Below are positions 31,745 to 44,300 of a stretch of DNA of 44,949 nucleotides, one piece after another. Positions within the stretch are counted from its first letter, which is position 1. Every line of letters starts with the position of its first letter. This stretch comes from Dimorphilus gyrociliatus (taxonomy: Eukaryota; Animalia; Annelida), in assembly GCA_904063045.1 (NCBI GenBank), contig CAJFCJ010000005.1, positions 95,011 to 139,959 on the forward strand. Direction: 5' to 3'. Below the pieces are notes generated by a model. It saw only the letters and a list, made by a program, of their open reading frames with translations, searched no databases and was not told the origin of the DNA. The position numbers and the translations under genes were made by a program.

Positions 31745-34700
31745 GTATCAAATGTAAGCAAGGATATTCTAAGCGAATATACGAGAATCCAATTAAGAAA
31801 TTGTTCTGCAGTTCCTTTTTTTTCTTTTTTTTTTGGAACGTTCAAAAGAAAAGAATCGAACATTCTTTTTTTTTTCTCAATTGGACAATTCAACCTCCTC
31901 TCTTGGAATAAGTCTAAGTTATATTAAGTGAGCATAAGAAATTAAGATGATGAAACCTCAAAGAAGGCAAACTATGAAAAGGAAGAGTGGAGAAATACCA
32001 GAGAAGGAAGTTCTCTGTTCTGTTAGAATGTCATTAGGACATATTGGAAATAGTTTGGAGAGAGGAAGGGTGACGCAAGATATACTCAAGAGACTCAATA
32101 ATGCCTTGGATAAAATAGATGAACTTCCGAGAACTAAAGAAGTTCTTACAGTCTAAGAGAAGGTATTAGACCTTCAAAGAAGAGCCAAATTGATACCTCT
32201 ACAAAATAAGAGGAAGGCCAGTGGGACTAAGAAATCTCCTAACAGCCCTGACAAAACAGTGGAGATGGCACCATGGGAAGAATGTTGTACAAGATCACAG
32301 TATAAAAGCACCCCAACAGTAAGAGAACCAATAGGTACCCAATATCCCAATAGTGGACCAATGGATTCCTTCGATATCCAATTGAAAGAAGGCATTAAAA
32401 ATGGCACCGCCACCTTGGAAATGGAGGAATCAAGTCTTGAGGAACTAAGTGAAGAGGCGTCTGAAAGGGAATCACAAGAGGCAACATACAACAACTACTC
32501 TGATACTCAATGCACCCAAAATTCAACACTAACCGAAGCACAGCTGAGAGAAGTAGAGTACGCTACCCATTGTCAGACCAAAAGGCAGCTGGAAGTTGTC
32601 AAGAAGGAACTACAGGTAGTTTTCAACAAAAAGCTAGACGACGTGAAAGCCCTGATGAAATGTGATCAGAACTGCCAGATGGCGAAGGAAAATAAGGGGT
32701 GGTTAGAAGAAATAGCACAGAAGGTGGATAAAATCTCAGATAGGATAAGTCCCGCAGCTGCAGTGGGCATAGTGGATATTTCACCTCCTGGAGACTTGTC
32801 CGAATATATCTATGATGGACATAATATGCCACTAAGACAATTCGTGTTGAGAACTCAAACCGTCTTAGAAGCATACCCTCACACAACTGATAGGGTAAAG
32901 TACCATTACCTACTAAAAGTCACAAAGGGACTACAACACAAGTATGTCCTGATGTATCAGTACGCAAAAAACCCCTTTCAGGATGTATGGAAGGCGTGGA
33001 AGAGCAGAATTGGAAAGGATGGGCTAACTATTAATGATACTATAGAGAAAGTAAAAATGGGTTTTGGTCAGAGTATAGAGGAAGGTATGATGGTGTCATT
33101 GGCCATCTTACAGAGATATTTAATGGTAGAACAATTGGAGAACAGAGCTACTTCAGAAGAGGTATCCTTCCTTTGTTCAGCTATTTTATCTCTGCTGCCT
33201 AAAGGGCTACGTCATAGGTTCCTCGAAAAGTTCAGTTTGGAAGTTAATGAGTCCATTCAATCAGCACCGCTTTGAGAGGAACTACTGAAGTTTATAAACT
33301 CAACATGCAAGAATGAAGAGGCAATGACGATGTACAAGAATGATGACGCTCATAAGAAATTCAAGCCAGCAGCAATAGCAACTCACAGGAAGAACAATTG
33401 TCCAGCTTGCAAATGCTAGCATGACATCAGAAACTGTGAGTTTTTTAGGGACTGTTCCTATGGCAGCAAAAAGGGGATCCTACGGGAGAACAAACTCTGC
33501 TTTAAATGCTTTGGTACAGGACATCTGATCACAACCTGCCAGTCTGGCATCAGATGCAATAAGTGCAAAGGGGATCATAACACCTTACTGCATACCTCAA
33601 AGGAGGACCTTACATCAGGGCCTGGGACAGGTTACAATATGCCCAGAGTCAAACCTAAATATAAGAAGGTGAATGGGGTAACTGCTACAAACTCTCCAAC
33701 TATTTCACAATTGCCTCTGACAGTCTTTGAAGTAAAGAATGAGAGGATATCGGCATTAATGGATGCAGGCTCACAGATCTCAATGGTGTCAAGAGAGTGT
33801 GCCACAAGACTTAAGCTGGATAAAGTTGGAGAAGTAGGCTTGCAACTAAGGACACTCCTTGCAGAAAAAAGGTTCATGGCAGATGTAATAGTAATTCCTC
33901 TACCAAATGGACTGGGCCTGATAGAGGCAGTTGTTAGAGATAAACTCATAGAGGTCTATCAAGAACAAGAGAACATAGAGATAGAATGGGAAGGGAAGAC
34001 TACCCTTATAAGAATCCCAGAAGTAATGGGAGATTTAGATTTGGTAATAGGAGTAGACAAGCCAGATCTACATCTGCAGCAAGGCAATATGTCCCTCAAT
34101 AGCAGGAGAATAGTAAAGTATCCATTAGGTTGGGTCTGTATTGGTAGAAAAATGCAGGATCCATTTAGCCTACTTACTCAAGTCGAGCTGGGAGCCAATG
34201 TCTGCATCACTATGCAATCAGTTGAGCAACAGGAATCTCTAGTGGAGGATGATGAAATCAAAGCTAGAGATACCTATGAAGGAGAAAAGCTCAGCATAAA
34301 CGATGTTAAAGCACTGGAGCAATTCAAAAATGAATTTGACATCCAAGAGCTAAAGGCTGCTGTTCCTTTCAAAAGGAATGTCAGAGATCTGAGGCTGAGC
34401 CGTTCACTAGCAGAGCGTAGGTTGTGGAGTCTCTTAGTGAGATTTAAGAGAGATCCGGTATATGAGAGAGAATATGACCAGTCTGTCTATGAATATATAG
34501 AACAAGGGTTTGCTACTGAAAAGCAGGCTCCATAGAGGTGGCCTGGTGTATAGCTCATCATGGGGTCTCCAGCCCTAAAAAGGATACCTTATCTAGGGGA
34601 AGGTAAAAAGATGACTCTGTTAACTGCCAAGGCTAGAATCAATGAAAAGAATGTCAATTCTATGCAAAAGGCAGAGCTACAAGCAGCAGTACTGGCAGTG

Positions 34701-36284
34701 AGGTTGTACAAAAAATTGAACTTGAAGGGAGTAGAAGTTACTTTTCATACAGACAATAATGCAGTATTTACACTGATACAAAATGCAGATGCTAAGTTGG
34801 ACGCCTTCACTAGAAATAGGATAAGATATATCATAGACAATTCAAATCCTTCTTTATGGAGAAGGATTGAAGGCAAGGTAAATCCTGCTGATCTAGGGAC
34901 CAGGAGAAGAAGACACTCAGACAATGAGTTGTTGCCACCAGTCATATCTGGAATGACCCAGTGTGTAGCACTAGGGGACATTTTTAGGCCATTCTCTTAT
35001 GATTGGGAAAAGATGGTTAGGATAGCCCAAATTGTTGTGAAATGGGCTCACTCAAAAATACCAGTCTATCAACAGAAAAGGTTGGCAATAGCCTACTTGC
35101 TGAGAGATGAACAAAAGTATATCTCAATTGAGAAGTTTCCCCAATTAGAACCATTTAAAGACACCTATGGGGTGATCAGGATAAATGGTAGGCTAAGGAA
35201 TGCATATGGATTACCATATGATGTGCGGCACCCCATCCTTGTTTAAAGCTATAGTATTTACATCTCACAATGAAGCAGCACATCAAGGTGTACAAAAGAC
35301 AAGGGCGTGGATTAGGAAGCGGTTCTGGCTGCATAAAGGGACAGCACAGATAAAGGCCATTGTTGAAACATGCCCTTACTGTGTACGGTATAGGAGGGGC
35401 CGGACTTATAGTATACCACAAGCTCCTCTGCCAAAATCGTGTACTGAGAAACCACTGCGACCCTTTAGAAATGTAGGAGTAGATCACGCGGGACCATATT
35501 ACGCTGATGAAGGTGAACAAAGATTTGTTCTACTCATAGCCTGCTACCAAATGAGGGCAGTACACCTGGAGATCTGTACATCAACATCCTTTGGACACAC
35601 AAAGGGGGCATGGACTAGGTTTATGGCGAGGCCAGGCCACCCAGAAAATGCACACTCCGATGGTGCAGGAGCCTTTAGGAGATTGGCTGAGGAAATGGAA
35701 AGGGCAGGAATCTGCTGGAAACTGATACCAGCTAATTCTCCTCATAGAGGAGGGTTATGAGAATCTTTGGTGAAACCAGTCAAGGGTACCCTGCAAGTGC
35801 TAAACAAGGAGATACCAACAGAGGAAAGCCTAAGGACTGCAATCACTCTGACCGAAAGTATTGTCAATCAAAGACCATTGACAACTATCCTGGAGGATCA
35901 CACAGAAACCCTCCTCACTCCAGCATCCTTCTTATGGATTCAATCTAAGGAAAGCAAAGGAATAAAAAACTCCTACAAACAGATGGAATCTGTCAGAGCT
36001 ATGCTGGAGAGAAGATGGTTCCAGGAGTACATAGCCACTTTACAAACTACCTCAAAATGGAACAAAAAGAGTGGACGAACTCCGAGGGCTAATGACCTAG
36101 TAGTCCTAGTTAGTGACTCCTTAAAACGTCACAATTGGAAGATAGAACGTATACAGAAAACCAAGAAATCAGCTGATGGGCAGCCTAGGAACCTACAGAT
36201 TCTCACTGAAAGGTCCTTAGTGTGGCGAGATCCGAGAAGGGTAGTCCCATTCTAAAGAAACACGAGGTTCTTTAGGGGGGGGAG

Positions 36285-36329
36285 TGTTTGAGAACCTGAT
36301 CGCGATCAGTAGGTGTTGTTGTGGTGGTC

Positions 36330-36364
<35 letters not shown>

Positions 36365-36536
36365 AGTATCAAGTCTCATGTGTCATACTACGAGACGTAA
36401 TCTCGTAGTTACGTAATCACGTGTATCCACACGTGATAATTATTAGCTTTGGTTATTAGAATACAGCAACCGTTTGATACGGTTACCGACAGTAAATATA
36501 CATAGTTCGTAATCGTAGAAGAACCGATCTTCAACA
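36285..36536 (+). repeat. BEL 3' LTR
   Basis: Preceded by the purine tract ggggggggag and followed by TSD gttgc. Confidence 0.95.
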
Positions 36537-36689
36537 GTTGCCATTCTTTTTAAAGAATTAGACATTTAAACTGTCTCTGTTCGAAGACAAATGAATAAAT
36601 GAAGGATTGTCAATAATGCGAATAATTAAGTATCTTGGGTTTTCCAACTTTCGTTTTTGGCTAATTTTTTATCAATATTTGCAGTGAAG

Positions 36690-36795
36690 CTGTGGATGAA
36701 ACAGCCAGTTTTGTTACGAGGTCTACATGATGGAATGGGGCATAGGCTCAAGCAATGTATCGAAAAAGATGGTAGTCACATCAAAAAAAAAGACT
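36690..36795 (+). pseudogene. Short Tc1/mariner-like C-terminal remnant
   Basis: LLRGLHDGMGHRLKQCIEKDGSHI resembles the terminal SMxxRLxxxIxxxGGH motif of these transposases. Confidence 0.4.
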
Positions 36796-36798
36796 AAT

Positions 36799-38180
36799 AT
36801 GAACATTATTTCTCTTGTTCTAATTATTATGAAGCGTCCTTAGCAACCCTGGCCAAATAGGAAAAAGAATCAATGAAACATGTACAACAGTTGAGTAAAT
36901 ATCATTGACATTTGACCTTCCGGTGGCCAAGATGTTGTTACCAATGCTACTTTCAATCTATAAAGTGAGTTAAAGCAATAAAGAATCGAAACGAATTTTT
37001 CAACGTAATCCTTTGTTTCATACAGAAATTCAACAAATTCAAGATTCTTTGCTAAACTCTATGAGTTATATTCGAAATTTGAATATTCATCAAATCGGAA
37101 AATTAATGAATTATTTGCGAATATAAGTGAATATTTTAATGATAAATTATCCTTCGTAAGTATCATTAGATAGAGTAAAGATTTCTTCCTCTTTATCATA
37201 ATTATCTTCAATGCAGTTGTCCTATTCTGGAAAATCGACTATAGACACATTTCTAGATAATATAAGGAATATTAAAAATGGCGAACAAGCCAACTACTTT
37301 ACTATTATCTTTAGGGATCATTACTTTAATGATATATTACCAATTCTTAAGTAAGTTGTCTTCAGGGAAAGAAATGAATTTCTCTATCATTTTTTCCATT
37401 TTGTTTATACAGGAATGAAAAGAATAAATTAAGACAATTTCTAACCGCAATAATTGAAAATCCTTTCAAGGATATCTGCAAAGAATTCTTTGAAGATTGC
37501 GTAGAACGTTCGCAAATGGTTAATATTCAAGGGGACGCTGATCTATTCTTGATGTCATTTAATTTAATGTACATGTACCAATGGGGTAATAGCAGGGAAG
37601 CCAAAGAAGCATTTGGAGCAATTGGTACAGGATATTGTCAATTAATTAAGTTGGTTTAATATCAACAAACAACAATAATGAATTATTAGTAATTAATTAA
37701 TTAATTAATTAATTTTTAATTAGAAATAATATCGAAATCCCAAAAATAAAGACCTATTTAAACGGCATTGTGGAAAAGGCTTTTGATTTTAATAGCGTCG
37801 CTTATCAAGAGGCTTGTTCTCAATTTTTATACGAATTAGATTGGAAGGTAAAACTAAGATAATATGTTTTTGTCATCTAATATACATTTATCTATTATAG
37901 GATGACTTTAGAACCTTTCATAATATACTGAAAAAACTTCGAAGGAACGTTGAACGAAACGCGAATCTTTTCTATAGTCAAGATTCAATTGTTTGGATGA
38001 CTCAACTTCTCATTGAAAAGATGGATGCTTGTAATAGGTAACGTTTTAAGTTATTTTAATTAACCATACCTTTCTATTACCATTTCTCTTCGTAGTAAAA
38101 GTGAAAGGTTTAAGGAATTGACGGATAGTTACGGTAATTTATTCAACGCTTGTTACGGTAATAATGTTACCAATAAATAG
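36799..38180 (+). CDS. Unannotated 8-exon gene for a probably secreted ~324-aa protein of unknown family; one extra base in exon 1
   Basis: GT-AG introns at 36895-36931, 36965-37025, 37156-37216, 37351-37412, 37650-37723, 37848-37900 and 38038-38095 join open exons in frame to a TAG at 38178-38180. The N-terminus is signal-like, MNIISLVLIIM(S)VLS. Confidence 0.72.
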
Positions 38181-38189
38181 CATCCTTCG

Positions 38190-38990
38190 ATTTCCTACAT
38201 TTTGTATGTACAAGAGTAGAATTTATACGCAATACAATTGTTATTACGTAATAATACTAACGATATTTCATAAAAGAATCTTCTAGCTATAGAATCGTAC
38301 GTATCACACCATAATTGAACATTTCGATCGCTTTCCAAAGGTTTAATGTCCTCCTGACAAAGAACTTTTAAAAGCTTTTTTATCTCATTTTCTTTAATTT
38401 CTTTCTGATAAGAAGAGACGTTTAATTGTTATTAATTTAAATTATTAATTAAAAACTATATTTATTGATTACTTGTAGATAATCGCCAAAGTTTTGTAAT
38501 TCGAAAAAGTTCATTAGAAAAGGAATATTACCGCATGATACGCAATTCTCTTCGTAAACGGCTAGGATTATTATCATTAATTTCTTACAAATTGGCTTCC
38601 ATTTACTAACATTATCGGACATTTTACTGTAAGATAATTGAAAACAATTCTTTTTATTACATAATGTAATTGAATAATGGTAGAGAGATGAGGGAAGAGC
38701 GGGAGGGAAGGGGAAAGAGAGCTGTTGTTCTCTCTTATTCTTTCTACTTACTTATCATAAATAAATTTAAAGCGATCAAAAATTATTTGTAATCCTCTAG
38801 CTCCAGGTGAATTTTCGCTGTATCCATTTTTACTACAAATCTTCAACTGCAATAGATTTAAAAATTCTGTTACAGTTTGTACTGTATATTTTCTTTGCGG
38901 TATATTTGAGAAATCTTCTGATAAATTGTTCAGATTATCAGCAGTTAATTTACTTAAAGGACAATATTTCTGAACTATTTTAGTTTCTTC
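38190..38990 (-). pseudogene. Unknown multi-exon gene fragment converging on the previous gene
   Basis: An exon ending at 38752 (...GLQIIFDRFKFIYD) splices in frame to exon 38626-38473 (NKMSDNVSKWKPIC...WRLST). The next exon goes out of frame. No family recognised. Confidence 0.4.
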
Positions 38991-39419
38991 TGTCATGTTG
39001 ATCTCAAAATTATATAACTGTAAAAATGGGAAAAACTGCAAATTACGCCACACTATATAGAGAAAATTTGCTGATTGTGTAGTCACGTTTGAACTGAATA
39101 TGCTTTTTTTATAACCTTCACCTTTGAGGATATTGATTAAACGGTCACTTATTGAACACAGTTGTCATAGGTGATAGGGACAGAAACTATTAAGTCTAAG
39201 GTTTCAGCCAAAAGAGAACGATTTCTAAATTCAATAATTACCAGTTTCTTCTAGTAGAAATATATTATATTTTGTTAAAAGGAACATGCTCTGACAGGTG
39301 ATAATCAGCTATTTAGATAAATCAACATTTTACACTATTGCGATATTACTCTCTTCAACAGGCTAAATCGTTCACGCATTCATTCTCAAAGAATTACTAA
39401 TGATGACAAAAATGTTAAC

Positions 39420-41347
39420 GGTTCTCTACACTGTAGGCCCACGGGATCAACAGAAAACGGCCCCAACAGAAAACGGCCACAAATCAACAGAAAACGGCCA
39501 CAAATGAACAGAAAACGGCCCCAACCGGAACAGAAAACGGCCCCAATCAGAACAGAAAACGGCCACAAAATTTCGAAATATACAATACTCATAAATTGAA
39601 TAGAATAAGTTAATTTAAAATTTTTTTCTATTAGTTAGTAAATATTGGATGAAAAAATATTAAATTGTCCACCAGTTTTTCCTAAGAGGTTGAATATTTT
39701 GCACTATTTTTAAATTCCTGCCAATAGGTTAAAGCAGCTCAAAGGAGATTTTTGCCACAATGCTACCATATTGTTTTGGATGTAAGAAAAAGATTAATAA
39801 GCTGAAGCAAGGTGTTTGTTCACTTTGTCATCATAAAGTCCATTGGGCTTGTTTATCAGGTAAGATCCAAATTGATTTTAATGTAAACTAAGCTCTTTCT
39901 TTTGTAGATGGATTATGTTCTATATGTTCAAGTGTTGATAAAAAAAGAATCAGAATTATTCTGAGCAAATGTGATGAAATTTTACAAGATAAATCTACCA
40001 ATAAAGTCTCAAATGCTGAAAATATAGATCTAAATCATTCAAGAGAAGAGATAGATGTGCAAAATATAATAATGGATGTTGATCATGAAGAAGTGGTTAC
40101 CCTTATTGAAACACTGAATTGTGATGCAGAGTACAGGCTTGTTGATAATCTTAGTGAAAGCAGCCCTCTGCATGGAAATATATTACATTTGAATGAGAAT
40201 GATATCAATATGGAGGAGTCCTTTGAAAGTATACCAGAGGTGAACTATGACAGCAATGGTAAATTCAGAATATTCCCTACAGGAAGTCAAAAAGGCAAAG
40301 AATTACTTGTATCTAATGGTCACTCATTTGTTGTCAAAAGAAAAGACAAGACTTCCATAATTTGGAGATGTGGAGTTTTAATGCATTTAATATTCATTTC
40401 ACTGTTTTTCAGTGCATTAATCAACTGCTACAATATAAGGAACCAAAAAGATAGTTATGGATTTTGAAAAAGCTGTTTGGAAAGCTGTATTAAATAATTG
40501 GGAAAATGTAAATCTGTCAGGATGCTTATTCCATTGGAATCAGGCAGTTTATAGAAAATTCAGGTATTATTCAACCTAAAACTCAAACTGGAGTCATTTT
40601 TAATTTTGTTTTTTTAGGAGCTTGGTTATTCATCAGACTTCAACAAAAAAAATGGACAATGGTTTGAAATGAGACAGCTAATGGCTTTGCCATTCCTTCC
40701 ATCTCACATTATTCCAATAGAGTTTATTAAAAATAAGGATTACCTTAAATCAATTGATAAACTTGCTGATTTTATTGATTATTTTGAAAGAACTTGGATT
40801 TTGAATGATGTTTGGTCACCAAAATGTTGGTCTATCTATCAATGTGCAATCAGAACAAATAATGATGTTGAGGGATTTCACAATAGGTTGAATGGAAATG
40901 TTGGAGTGAATGTTTCATTTTATTCTGTGATAGATGAATTGAAAAGGGAAGCAGACCTTATAGCAGCATATCAAAGAATGTTATCAGAAAAGAGATATTA
41001 AGATACCAAAGAAAGTTTTATAAGAACCTCCAAAATAAATATTTTCAATTTGGGAAAGATTTGAAAAGCATGAGATTACTTCATCAGAAGTTCTAGTAAA
41101 GTGTTCTGAACTTTATTTAGTAGCTCAATAAATAAATCAATTGTTGTTAATTGCATGATCTTTTAAGTTGTAGTCTCATAATGTATTCAACTCTTCAAAT
41201 AACACACTTTCAAAATTTAATTCATTTCTTGTTTTATATATTTTAGGTTGAAGAATCCTGTGGCTGTTTTCTGTCTCAGTTGGGGCGTTTTCTGTTGATT
41301 TGTGGCCGTTTTCTGTCGTATTCGGCCCACTTTTGCAGTAGAGGACC
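39420..41347 (+). mobile_element. MULE element with short TIRs, subterminal tandem repeats and an intron-containing, internally deleted transposase
   Basis: Ends ggttctctac / gtagaggacc. Arrays of acagaaaacggcc(c/a)caa at 39450-39570 and, inverted, at 41260-41325. Coding PHD-like finger, FLYWCH-like GSQKGKELLVSNGHSF...WRC, VMDFEKAVW, GCLFHWNQAVYRKIQ, IRTNNDVEGFHNRLN. Confidence 0.88.
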
Positions 41348-44300
41348 ATAATTTGTCAATAGCAGTCCTGACAATCTGAAATGAATGTTGAACATAAAAA
41401 GTGAACAAAGAATTCTAATTGGTCGGTTAACTACTTACTCCTGAGCGGAAAAAATAGTGAAAACTATAATTGAAGTCGTATCTTTTATAACGATAAATAA
41501 TTTCGGATCTCGCTTCAATTCTATTATATGTACTTGCAAACATAGCAATAAGCAAATTAACCAACACAATAATAGCTCCAAATAGATAAATTGCCATCAG
41601 TATTACTGCTACTGCTGAATTTTGTGGACAACGATCGCTGCTACCATTTATAGATGTTGAATTACACGATTCTTCATCATTTCCCGTAATTTCTTCAAGA
41701 AATAATTCTCCGTATATTTGCCAATATGGCACGTATACAATATTTTTGAAAAGGGTAAGTCCAAGTGGAAAATTGGGATATAAAAGTCCTTGTAGGGCAA
41801 CTCCATAGGCCAATATAAATATTAAGAATATTGGAATCATTACTCCTGTATCTTTAATCATTTCAAAAATCATAATTAGCCTTATTCCAAATGTTTGCCA
41901 ATTGTATAAGAATAGTGCAGTTCTCAAATAAAACAACGAAATTGAAATGGCGTAAAAGCTTCTTACAACTGCAAAGTTCTTGTTTGGTATTACAAAAATA
42001 AGTATTACTGATAGTAAACAGAAAATGAATATAAGCAATTCAAGAATATTCCAAATATCTCTGTCAAATGTTTCCAATATTGTAGAAGACTCAGCTCTTT
42101 TATCTATTTTATATGGGGGAGGTAGAGGGGAGGGAGGGGAAGACAGAAATTGTCATTACAGTGAATTATGGGAATGAATTTGTTACCTGACTTATTTCCA
42201 TCAGTACAATAAGACTAAGGAAAAGTAAAAAGCCACTTCGCTAACATGTAAAATTTATCAGTTTTTGGTTGAAGATCAATTAAATAATAGAAGGAGAATG
42301 TGAATAAACATAGAAGATGGAGTATCTGTTGATTGAATGGTAAAATTAGAAAATTAGAAGTTAATTAAATATCATACTTACGAAGCTATCCAAAATTTTC
42401 TCTTGGTGAAAAATTGGTTCCTTGCCCAAGTTTCCTCGCCATAATTCATTCAAATACCATTGGCCAAATGCACTGGCAATATATTCTTTAAATCTACAGC
42501 TCTAGCCCAGTCTATGGAATTTGGTCTCTGCTTCGCTTCTTCCTTTACTTTTTTGTCAATATTGTTTTATCATTTTCACAAGCATCATTTAAATATCTAA
42601 GGGCTTTGTCTTTCCAAACTTGTTTCCTCTCTAACAAGGATGTAGCTAAAAAAGTATCATATTCCTTGATTGCCTCTTTCCTAGCCTGTTTTAAAATTCC
42701 AAAAGCAAATATAGCCAATCTTAAAGGATTGTTACTCTTCAGCCAAAAGTATTCCGAGACTTTTGTCTTGTTGGCAATAATTGACCAAGCAAATATGAAT
42801 GTTATGTCATCACCATCTAACAATTTATTTTCCAGTGAGCTATAAACTGAACAATTCTTATCAAAATGTTCATTAAATAAATTCAGTACAGCATTCTTAA
42901 ACTCTTTTTTGAAATTATTAAGCTTTTCTTTATGATTTTGAGCATCTTCATTTTCATTAAAGGCTTCATTATTCAAAATGCTTAAGAGTTTTTCAGCCCT
43001 TCACACGATTGTTTCTTATTAAACTCTTCAAGACGCACATTGTAGTCTTTAATCGATTTCCCTTCACCATTTAACTTTTCTAAGACAACAATTGGCTTTT
43101 TCTCTAAATTCTGAATGAATTTAAAACCTTTAACGTTGTTAAGTGAAAGTGGAAAAAGTTCATCAGGGTAGAAAGTCTTTGTTACATCTGGAAAATACTA
43201 TGAACTATTTCAACGACACGTTTATTGTCACTTTTTAAGGAATCTGTAAAGAATTCTTGGTAATTTTGAAATTTTTCTTTTTCAATGTAAGGATCAAAAT
43301 CTTCCTTAAACTGTTTATGAGTAATTCCCCGCGGATTGCCAATTCAAATTGATCATCATCATTTAATTTGTTGAAATAGGCATCTTCAATAGCAGTTTTT
43401 AAATCTTCTTTATATAAATTAACTATATGAATTTGATCTTTGTATTTAGAAATTGTTTTACACAATTCAAAACATTCATCTACTTTTTTTGTCATTGTAA
43501 GATTTTTTATCTTCTTTTTCCATAAATCGGAAATTTCACTTTCTGCCTTTTCAGATTTAATTATAGAAATAAATCTATAAAGAAATAATGATGTTTTTCC
43601 ACATTTTCTAATGATAAATACATTAGGTTTTTTATCAATTCTATGATTTTTCACTGTTAGTATGTTGCATATTTCTTGTAGAGTTTTGTATATTTCACCG
43701 CCAATTACTATTAATATTGAAATTAAATAGAAATCAGGAATTTTATCTTCCGCTTGTATAATTTGTTTCTGCAATATCGCTTTAGGGAGAAATGATTTTT
43801 TAAGTGATTTAATATACTCTTTATGATTAGGGCACTCCTCCTTTGAGCTATGTTCAAGACATGACGGTTCTGTACTATATAATTTAATTTTCTTTTCTTG
43901 TGTCGCCTTTTTACAGGGTCCTAATAATTTTGAACATCCATCAATTAATATCAATGGTTTGAATACTTTTACAACTACATTAAATTTCTTTTCAAAGATT
44001 CTCATAAACTGATTATCAAAGTTATCGTGCTCGTCATTATTGTTAAATGTTATAAATAAATGTTTGCCTTTCAGTATATCTTTCCTTTCTTTCAAAGTAT
44101 TTTTTACAGTTGCGTTGTCTTGTTCATCAATAAAGTAGGATGGATAATTTTCTTCATAAATCTCTTGAAGACAGTCTTTTAAACCATTTTCCTCTTTTTT
44201 GAATGTTTTCAAATATTTCTTGCACTCTTCATTCATCTTCTCATCTTTAATTTCAGTTGGAGAAATAATATATTTTTTAGACTTTAACCTTTGAATAACC

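Larger units (their letters stand above)
31493..36536 (+). mobile_element. BEL/Pao LTR retrotransposon, 5044 bp, RT-deleted, with 5-bp TSD GTTGC
   Basis: 252-bp TG...CA LTRs (31493-31744, 36285-36536) with 7 differences by eye. GTTGC at 31488-31492 and 36537-36541. G-run PPT. Gag with three Cys-His knuckles, PR LMDAGSQ, RNase H AKARI...AELQAA, integrase VGVDHAGP / SPHRGGL*E. Confidence 0.95.
29610..36565 (-). pseudogene. TRPM-like paralog A, N-terminal part only; exon 1 split by the BEL element and 3' end lost at the Tc1 junction
   Basis: 29610-31324 is closely similar to 43610-44949, which is linked to TRPM transmembrane exons. Removing the BEL restores exon 1 MSNSLKRMATPPPESSLQ|gt, which splices in phase 0 to ag|KEMIIFNGEIC. 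Confidence 0.82.

Noticed and set aside
31745-31765. gtatca after the BEL 5' LTR as a Met-tRNA PBS
   Set aside because: It lacks the TGG start and the rest of TGGTATCAGAG, so the match is too short to call.
39446-39570. Short repeats with small spacers resembling a CRISPR array
   Set aside because: Spacers are 0-8 nt, there are no cas genes, the DNA is eukaryotic, and the same motif is inverted at 41260-41325, so these are MULE subterminal repeats.
39386-39592. Repetitive 68-aa ORF (CGRFLxICGRF) and its counterpart at 41217-41408
   Set aside because: Translation products of the MULE terminal repeat arrays.
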